Part shown: positions 57,137 through 64,000 of the stretch, one piece after another | Layout: every line of letters begins with the position of its first letter | How positions within the stretch are numbered: position 1 is the stretch's first letter | Assembly (NCBI GenBank): GCA_047601445.1 | Contig: JASGJH010000001.1 | Location: 1,568,001-1,632,000, forward strand | DNA length: 64,000 nucleotides | Source: Myxococcales bacterium | Lineage (GTDB): Bacteria; Myxococcota_A; Polyangia; Polyangiales; DASUME01 | Direction of reading: 5' to 3' | Notes under the pieces: model-generated | Told to the model about the DNA's origin: nothing | Seen by the model: only the letters and a program-made list of their open reading frames with translations | Databases searched by the model: none | Made by a program: the position numbers and the translations under genes

Positions 57137-59685
57137 GCGCGACTCCTCTGCATCGCCCCGAAATCCTCGCCCCCGCAGGCACCGAGGAGTCCTTTGCGGC
57201 CGCCTTGGCGAGCGGCGCGGACGCGGTGTACCTGGGCCTTTCGGAGGGCTTCAACGCACGCGGCCGATCCACGGCGTTCAATCTGGAGCTCCTGCCGGGC
57301 CTGGTCCGACGCGCTCACGCGGCCAACGTGAAGCTCTACCTCACGCTCAACACGCTGGTGTTCGAGAGCGAACTGGCCAGCCTCGAGCAGCTCCTGCGGG
57401 CGGTGGTCGCGAGCGGCGTCGACGCCCTGATCATCCAGGACCCTGCCACGGCCTTCATCGCGCGCCGGCTCTCCGCCGAGATTCGCCTGCACGCCAGCAC
57501 CCAGATGACCATCTCGAGCGCCGAGGGCGCGCTCTTCGCGGCTAGCCTGGGCATGCAGCGAGTGGTGCTTCCCCGTGAGCTGAGCAGCGAGGAGATTGCG
57601 CGCTTCACGCGCGAGAGCGGGATGGAGTGCGAGGTCTTCGTGCACGGGGCCCTGTGCATGGCCTGGAGCGGGCAGTGCCTCACCAGCGAAGCCTTCTCCG
57701 AGCGCTCGGCAAACCGAGGCCAGTGTTCCCAGGCCTGTCGCATGCCCTACGAGGCCATCGTCGACGGCCAGCGCCGCGAGCTCGGCGACAAGCGCTACCT
57801 GTTAAGCCCGCAGGATTTGGCCGCCCACGAGGCGCTACCCGACCTGCTGCAGGCGGGCGTGCACAGCTTGAAGATCGAGGGACGCTACAAGGGCCCCGCC
57901 TACGTGAGCACCGCGGTGGACTCCTGGCGCAACTGGCGCGATGCCTTGCTGCGCGGAGCCACCGAGGCCGATCGCGAGCGCCTGGCACGCGATGTGGAGC
58001 GCACCCAGCTCGCCTTCTCGCGCGGCGGATCCATCGGTTTTCTGCGCGGAGAGAACCACCAAGCCCTGGTGGTGGGGACCACGCCCAAGCATCGCGGGCT
58101 CGCGCTCGGTGAGGTCGTCGAAATGCGCGCGCGCAGCGTGCGCGTGGCCTTCGCGGGCGAGCCGGAGCTGCGCGAGCGGCTGCGCGCGGGCATGGGCGTG
58201 AAGTTCGAGCTGATGGGGCGTAGCGCGCAGGAACACGATCCCGAGCATGCCCCGGGTGGCCCCCTGTTCGGGCTGCGCTGGATCGACGACGCGTGCGTGG
58301 AGCTGAGCTTCGGTCAGCCTGGGCCGGATCTCGCGCGCGTGCGCGTGGGCGACGCCGTACGTCTCACCGGCGATCCGGAGCTTGCGCGCGAGGCCGAGCG
58401 ACGCGTCCACCAGTCGGTGGAGGGCCGCATCCCAGTGACCCTACGCGTGCAGGGACGTCAGGGCGAGAAGCTCGGTGTGGAGGCTCACGCGAGCTTCGGC
58501 GCGCGAGCGCTGCACGCGACTGGCGAGGCCCCCCAGCTGCTCGCGCCGGCACGCGCCGGATCAGGGCTCGACCGCGCGCTGCTCGGCGAGAAGCTCGGTG
58601 CGTTCGGCGGCACGCCCTTCCACCTGCACGAGCTCGACATCGGCGACCTCGAGTCGGGTCTCCATGCCCCCGTGTCCGAACTCAAGCGCCTGCGCCGTGA
58701 GCTCGCGGGTCAGCTCGAAGCCGACCTCCTCGAGCACAGACACGCGCCGCTGCCCGAAGCGCCGGTCGTGCGCGAGCTGCGGAGCGAGCTTGCCCGCAGC
58801 CAACCTGATGACCTGGGTCCTCCTGCGCTCGTCCCCCTGTGTCGCACCGAAGAACAGCTCGAGGCGGTGATCGCGAGCGGACTCGGTGCCGACGCCGAGG
58901 TGGAGCTCGACTGGATGGAGATGGTGGGCCTGGGTCGCGCGGTGCAGCGCGCGCGCAGCGCCGGCCTGCGCGTCACCTTGGCCACCGTGCGCGTACAGAA
59001 GCCCGGTGAGGAGACCTACGACCGCCGCATTGCCAACCTCAAGCCGGACGCCGTGCTGGTGCGCCACTGGGGCGCGCTGATGCATTTCGCGAACGCGCAA
59101 GGGGCCCAGGCCGCACCCGTGATTCACGGGGACTTCTCCCTCAACGTCACGAACTCGCTCACGGCTCACCACTTGCTGGGCCTGGGACTACGCACCGTCA
59201 CGGCCTCCCACGACCTGAACCAGAACCAGCTCCTGGACTTGCTCGCGCAGGTCCCGCGCGGTCGCGTCGCGCTCACGCTCCACCATCACATCCCGACCTT
59301 CCACAACTCGCATTGCGTGTACGCGCACCTCTTGAGCAGTGGCACCGACTACCGCAGCTGCGGGCGACCCTGCGAAGCGCACCGCGTGGCGCTGCGCGAT
59401 TTCGCGGGCCACGAGCACCCAGTCGTGGTGGACGTGAGCTGCCGCAACACCGTGTTCAACGCGTTCGCGCAGAGCGCCGCGCCGCTGGTACCCAAACTGC
59501 TCGAGCTTGGAGTTCGGCGCTTCCGTGTCGAACTCGTGTGGGAGCGCGGCGACGAAGTCACGCGCACGCTCGCGGCCTACCGCAGGCTGCTGGGCGGTGA
59601 GATCAGCGCGGCCGAGGCGCTCAAAGCAGCCTCGGTCCACGAGCGCTACGGCGTGACCACACCGCTGCGCATCCCCAAGCGCTGA
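57133..59685 (+). CDS. Peptidase U32 family Fe-S protein with DUF3656 (RlhA-like RNA hydroxylase)
   Basis: PEILAPAG, GADAVYLG, HASTQMT, FVHGALC..WSGQC, SANRGQCSQACR, LKIEGR; C-terminal HCVY...CGRPC...CRNTVFN; ATGA overlap with the HAD gene. Confidence 0.9.
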   Translation: MSATPLHRPEILAPAGTEESFAAALASGADAVYLGLSEGFNARGRSTAFNLELLPGLVRRAHAANVKLYLTLNTLVFESELASLEQLLRAVVASGVDALIIQDPATAFIARRLSAEIRLHASTQMTISSAEGALFAASLGMQRVVLPRELSSEEIARFTRESGMECEVFVHGALCMAWSGQCLTSEAFSERSANRGQCSQACRMPYEAIVDGQRRELGDKRYLLSPQDLAAHEALPDLLQAGVHSLKIEGRYKGPAYVSTAVDSWRNWRDALLRGATEADRERLARDVERTQLAFSRGGSIGFLRGENHQALVVGTTPKHRGLALGEVVEMRARSVRVAFAGEPELRERLRAGMGVKFELMGRSAQEHDPEHAPGGPLFGLRWIDDACVELSFGQPGPDLARVRVGDAVRLTGDPELAREAERRVHQSVEGRIPVTLRVQGRQGEKLGVEAHASFGARALHATGEAPQLLAPARAGSGLDRALLGEKLGAFGGTPFHLHELDIGDLESGLHAPVSELKRLRRELAGQLEADLLEHRHAPLPEAPVVRELRSELARSQPDDLGPPALVPLCRTEEQLEAVIASGLGADAEVELDWMEMVGLGRAVQRARSAGLRVTLATVRVQKPGEETYDRRIANLKPDAVLVRHWGALMHFANAQGAQAAPVIHGDFSLNVTNSLTAHHLLGLGLRTVTASHDLNQNQLLDLLAQVPRGRVALTLHHHIPTFHNSHCVYAHLLSSGTDYRSCGRPCEAHRVALRDFAGHEHPVVVDVSCRNTVFNAFAQSAAPLVPKLLELGVRRFRVELVWERGDEVTRTLAAYRRLLGGEISAAEALKAASVHERYGVTTPLRIPKR

Positions 59686-59766
59686 CGCTTCGACGGTGGC
59701 TCACCCGTCATGCCGGACCTATGCCCCCCGGCGGCCTTCCCGGGGTACGCTTCGGCAGGCGGCCCG

Positions 59767-60717
59767 ATGACCATTACCCACCCTGACAAACTCCTGTTCC
59801 CCGCCGACGGGATCTCCAAGGGCGAGCTCGCCGCCTACTACGCGAGCGTGGCGGCGGTGATGCTGCCGCACCTGCGCGGGCGACCGGTGACCATGGAGCG
59901 CTTCCCCGCGGGGATCGAGCAAAAGGGCTTCATGCAAAAGGACGTCTCCAAGGGCTTCCCGTCCTGGTTGAAGCGCGTGGAGGTCCCGAAGCGAAACGGC
60001 ACCGTCCACTATCCGCTCATCGACGATCGAGAGTCCCTGCTTTGGCTCGCCAATCAGAACTGCATCACACCCCACGTCTGGTCTGCGCGCGCGCCTGCCC
60101 TGGAGGCCCCGGATCTGTGCGTATTCGACCTGGATCCCTCCCATGAAGAACCCGAGGTGCTGCGGCGTGCCGCGCTCCTGGTGCGCGACGTGCTGGCGGA
60201 ACTTGGACTCACGAGCTGGCTGAAGACCTCCGGCTCCAAGGGCTTTCATATCGTGGTGCCGCTCGAGGTGCAGGTCGGCTACGAGCTGACCTGGCGCTTT
60301 GCCCAGGGCGTCGGAGCGTGGTTGGTCAAGCGCGACCCTGATCACCTGACCCAGGAGTTCATCAAGGCCGACCGCCACGGGCGCATCCTGATCGACACCG
60401 GACGAAACGGATACGGTGCCACGTTCGCCGCCGCCTACGCGGTCCGGGCGCGGGCCGGGGCACCCGTATCGGCCCCCTGTGCTTGGGCCGAGCTCGAAGC
60501 GGGGCAGGTATCTCCCACGAGCTTCACCCTGCGCGACCTGCCGGCTCGCCTCCAACAGCGCGGCGACCTCTGGAGTGACCTGCACCACCACCCACAGGGG
60601 CTCGCGACCGCCATGGAGCGCCTCCACACCGTGCTCTCGCCCGAAGATTGGGCAGAAGCCCACGCGGCGTCCACCCGCAAGCCCAAGGCACGTTCGCGTC
60701 CCACGCAGGGCGAGTGA
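59767..60717 (+). CDS. ligD: Stand-alone LigD polymerase (primase-polymerase) domain protein
   Basis: ITHPDKLLFP, RPVTMERFPAGI, FDLDP, KTSGSKGFHI, ILID..RN, AAYAVRARAGAPVSAP. Confidence 0.88.
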   Translation: MTITHPDKLLFPADGISKGELAAYYASVAAVMLPHLRGRPVTMERFPAGIEQKGFMQKDVSKGFPSWLKRVEVPKRNGTVHYPLIDDRESLLWLANQNCITPHVWSARAPALEAPDLCVFDLDPSHEEPEVLRRAALLVRDVLAELGLTSWLKTSGSKGFHIVVPLEVQVGYELTWRFAQGVGAWLVKRDPDHLTQEFIKADRHGRILIDTGRNGYGATFAAAYAVRARAGAPVSAPCAWAELEAGQVSPTSFTLRDLPARLQQRGDLWSDLHHHPQGLATAMERLHTVLSPEDWAEAHAASTRKPKARSRPTQGE

Positions 60718-60762
60718 GCGCGCCAACGCAGCCCAGCCAGATGCCCGGAACGGCCCGCTTGC

Positions 60763-61320
60763 TCAGAAGCCGAAGCCGGACTGGAACAGCACGGTCAAGC
60801 TGGGCTTCATCTCGGTGCCGTTGTCGCGCAAGAACATGGGCAGATCGAGCTCCACGAAGTAGCTCACGCCATTGCCGAGCGCGAAAGGCTTCACGATAAT
60901 CGGGACGAGGCCGATGTTGCGCGCCGCGCCGACCTCGGTGGCCACGCGCAGGCCCGCGGCGAGCGAGCCGAAGGAGTAGACCACTCCGGGGTCGACGATG
61001 AAGGTCGTGGCGGTGGTGCCGTTCTTCCACTTGTTGAAGGCGATGAACTCGAAGTCCACCGACCAGTGCTCATCGAGGTGCACGGTGATGCCGGGCGTGA
61101 TGCCAACGGTCACGAAGTCCCTGCCGATCAGCGTGTTCTCCGGAGAGGCCACCGTGAGGATGGGCAAGGCGAAGCCCAAATGGCCGCCCACGCTACGGGT
61201 CGGCGCAGGCGCTTCCTGCGCTCGGGCCGAGGCAGGCGCCATGCCGGCGAGCGTCGAGCCGAACAATCCCATCAACAATGCCAACACAAACCGAGCGTTC
61301 ACACCGCGCACAAACCGCAT
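60763..61320 (-). CDS. Small outer-membrane beta-barrel-like hypothetical protein
   Basis: Signal peptide ending ARA-Q, about eight amphipathic strands, terminal QSGFGF. Confidence 0.7.
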   Translation of the reverse strand: MRFVRGVNARFVLALLMGLFGSTLAGMAPASARAQEAPAPTRSVGGHLGFALPILTVASPENTLIGRDFVTVGITPGITVHLDEHWSVDFEFIAFNKWKNGTTATTFIVDPGVVYSFGSLAAGLRVATEVGAARNIGLVPIIVKPFALGNGVSYFVELDLPMFLRDNGTEMKPSLTVLFQSGFGF

Positions 61321-61611
61321 TCTCGAGCACTCCCGCCTCCCGCCACGGGGCCACCGGCGGTGACCTTCGGGGAGGCATCGGAAATTAAATCGCAGGCACG
61401 CGCTCCATTTCCAGCGTGCTCGACGGGTGCCTCGTATTTCATAGGGCCACTGACCTACATGTGAGCGGCGCTGTCCACGGACGTTTCTGCAGCGAGCGAT
61501 TCGAGCATTGAGCGGAGAATCCTCGTTCGATGGAGGCGCAGCGACCACGGAAGGGAGGCCAAGACCGAGGATCACGCCGCATCGCCAGCTCCCGTGCTAC
61601 GAGGCGCCCGC

Positions 61612-64000
61612 ATGGGGCAGCCGTACCTGAGACGCGAGCAAACTGCCGACGTGCTCCGCTATTGGCTCTCTTCGCTGAAGCTCGAGGCCGCGCTGGAGCT
61701 TCGCCCCCAAGCGCGCCGCGCCCCCGCGACCGCGCCTGCTCCGAGGCTCGACCTGCCCACGCCAGGCCAGGACTACTTCAAGCTGCCCTTGGACAGCGCC
61801 CTCGCGGGCCTGTTGGGACAGCGAGAGAGCGTGCGGCGCCCCCTGGACGGCGAGCTTTCCGCGTTCTTCGAGACCTGGCTCCACGCGCAATACCGCCGCG
61901 CCGAGGAGCAGGGTGACCTCTCGCAGCTGTTGTGCTTCCCGGTGGTGCACATGCCGCGCGGCGAGCTGGCCGGCCTGTTGCGCTGCGGCGTGCGCCTTCG
62001 CTTCGGACGCACGACGGGAGAAGCCTTCCGGGTGCCGAGCTTCGCGGAGCGGCAGCGAGGGCAATATCCAGCACCGCCCCAGGAGGTGTTGGTAAGTCAG
62101 TCAGCGCGCCAAGACGGCGCCTGGCCCTTCTTCGTGGATACTCGCCTGCTCAACCAGACGCTCGGTGTTCCGAGTGAGGCCATCGATGCCCTCTTCGACG
62201 GCCTGCGTGCGCTCGACGGTCCCTCCGAAACCCAGATGCTGGCACTCGTGCTCCGCACGCTGGAAGGCGCCCTCCCCGCGGATGCATCAGCGCGCGCACC
62301 AGCGAGTCCGGCCCCGTCGGCGCACGAGGACGCGGAGGCGCTGCTCGAGGGCATCACCGGCTGCATGCGCACGTTGCTCGAGCGTGCCAACTCGCGCGCG
62401 CAGGTGTACGCGGTCGGCATCGTGCTGGACGGAACCCAGGCCAAGACCACCTGGCACCTGCAGCGCGACCTGCGCGAACTCCTGGAGAGTGAGCCCCCGG
62501 AACGTCTGCGTAACGACCGTTGCTTGGGCGCCTATCTCGCGGGCCGCCCGCTCGAAGGCACGGAGCTGCCACAGCAAGCGTTGTTCCCGGGTCCCGTGCT
62601 GACGGCCCATCAACGGCGCGCGGCCGAGCACTTCTGGGGTTCGCGCTTCACCTCGGTGGAGGGGCCGCCAGGCACTGGAAAGACCACGCTGATCCTGCAT
62701 CTGTGTGCGGAGGCCTTGCTCGGCAAGATCGCGCGCTTCGTGGAGCAAGGTGTGATGGACGACGCCTTGCTCCTGATCACCAGCAGCAACAACCGCGCAG
62801 TCGATAACGTCCTCGAGGGGCTCGGCGGCGGCGCCGGCCTGCCACTCGCGCTGCGCGCGGGAAGCCGACAAATCTGCGAGCAGGTGCTCGTCCATCAGCT
62901 GCGCCAGGTGAAGCGCTGGCTCGAGCAGGCGGAGGCGGAGTCGCGCGAGCAACGACAGGCGGCGCTGGCCCACGCAGTGGAGCGCTTCCGGCAGCTGCGC
63001 GCGCGAATGGAGCCCCTCTATGCACCGCGCCTACGCGCACTGGGCCGCCGTGCGGAGCGCGACCGAGTGCGTGAGGAGCTCGCGGAAGCCGTACAGCGCG
63101 CGGCAGAAGACGGCCAAGCGCTGGTCCTCCCAGGCGACGCGCTCGAGTTGCCCGACGGACTGGCGCAGCCGCTGCGCAACGCGCTCCTCAAGCTGGAGCA
63201 GCGCCTCGTTGCGCTGAGCAAGCTGTGCGAAGCGAGCCCGGGACTCGCCCAGCTCAACGCGGTGGCGCGTCACTACGGCCGCACCGCCGACGGCGACCTT
63301 CCCGTCTTCGAAGCGGCCCTCTCGGCGGCTCGGCTCGCGCTCGATTTGCCGCTCCCGCCGCTCGTCGCCCCGCTCGCGCCGCGCGAGCTGATGGACGCCT
63401 GGGAGGACGCCACCGAGCGCAGCTTGACCCTGCTCGGCGAGCTGCGCGAGCGACTCGATGCCACGCGCGCACATGCCCAGCGCAGCCAACAGCGAGCGGA
63501 GCGCGCGCGAACCATCGAAGGCCTGCGCGAACGCCTCGCGAAGCTCGAGCAGGAGGCCGGCGACCTGCCCGAGGTCGTGCACGACGCGGCGCTCTCCTGC
63601 ACGCTGTTCGCGGACGCGGTAAGCGTACGCGAGGCCTGGGCGAAGGCCGAAGCCGGTAGCTTGCGGGAGGCCGTGGTCGCCGCGCTCGACACCCTCGAGT
63701 CAGACCGCTCGCTCAGACCGCTCTACCGCGACCAGCCCCAGCACGCCCGCACCCTGCAGCGCTTGTTCGGGGTGTGGGGCTCCACGCTATTGTCCCTGGC
63801 CAACTGCTTCCCCAGCGCGGCGGGCAGCATCGCCCGCGTCGTCATCGACGAAGCCGGCCAGTGCCATCCCGCCCACGCCATCTCCGCCTTGATGCGTTGC
63901 GACGCAGCGCTGGTGATCGGCGACACCAAGCAGCTAACGCCCGTGATCGAGCTAAGCGCAGACGAAGAGGCGCGCTTGCTGCAGAGCTGTGGGCTTCGGC
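61612..64000 (+). CDS. Superfamily 1 (Upf1/DNA2/NAM7-like) helicase, AAA-domain protein; runs off the right edge
   Basis: Open frame 1 from ATG 61612; VEGPPGTGKTT (about 62656), TSSNNRAVDNV, VIDEAGQ (63841), VIGDTKQLTPV (about 63913); absent from the ORF track because it has no stop in the window. Confidence 0.9.
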   Translation, partial: MGQPYLRREQTADVLRYWLSSLKLEAALELRPQARRAPATAPAPRLDLPTPGQDYFKLPLDSALAGLLGQRESVRRPLDGELSAFFETWLHAQYRRAEEQGDLSQLLCFPVVHMPRGELAGLLRCGVRLRFGRTTGEAFRVPSFAERQRGQYPAPPQEVLVSQSARQDGAWPFFVDTRLLNQTLGVPSEAIDALFDGLRALDGPSETQMLALVLRTLEGALPADASARAPASPAPSAHEDAEALLEGITGCMRTLLERANSRAQVYAVGIVLDGTQAKTTWHLQRDLRELLESEPPERLRNDRCLGAYLAGRPLEGTELPQQALFPGPVLTAHQRRAAEHFWGSRFTSVEGPPGTGKTTLILHLCAEALLGKIARFVEQGVMDDALLLITSSNNRAVDNVLEGLGGGAGLPLALRAGSRQICEQVLVHQLRQVKRWLEQAEAESREQRQAALAHAVERFRQLRARMEPLYAPRLRALGRRAERDRVREELAEAVQRAAEDGQALVLPGDALELPDGLAQPLRNALLKLEQRLVALSKLCEASPGLAQLNAVARHYGRTADGDLPVFEAALSAARLALDLPLPPLVAPLAPRELMDAWEDATERSLTLLGELRERLDATRAHAQRSQQRAERARTIEGLRERLAKLEQEAGDLPEVVHDAALSCTLFADAVSVREAWAKAEAGSLREAVVAALDTLESDRSLRPLYRDQPQHARTLQRLFGVWGSTLLSLANCFPSAAGSIARVVIDEAGQCHPAHAISALMRCDAALVIGDTKQLTPVIELSADEEARLLQSCGLR

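Overview
High-GC (visually about 68-70%) bacterial chromosomal segment, most consistent with a myxobacterium (Myxococcota). This rests on Gly-Asp-repeat and Cys-rich lipoproteins, a Hanks kinase, several AraC regulators and a two-gene RdgC. About 58 coding regions can be supported. I saw no rRNA, tRNA, CRISPR array, integrase or transposase. The most coherent candidate novel system is a putative sterol/lipid capture-and-modification locus (21.9-31.4 kb). It comprises a Tat-exported, lipid-anchored class I cholesterol oxidase, a translationally coupled lipoprotein-FadL-like barrel-lipoprotein trio, a cytochrome P450, a divergent pectinacetylesterase/Notum-like esterase lipoprotein and an AraC regulator. 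Other highlights: an exbB-exbD-tonB operon with Fur-like boxes converging on an uncharacterised Fur-boxed exported protein, with no TonB receptor in the window; two separate regulator/multiheme cytochrome c/VOC modules; a split RdgC gene pair; a TolC-YhiI-RbbA-YhhJ type efflux operon; and a decayed histidine-kinase module. A 38-aa Lys-rich ORF and an SF1 helicase are absent from the supplied ORF track. Three genes (P450, aldo/keto reductase, hybrid kinase) each carry one single-base frameshift. All calls come from motif recognition by eye; no database searches were run.
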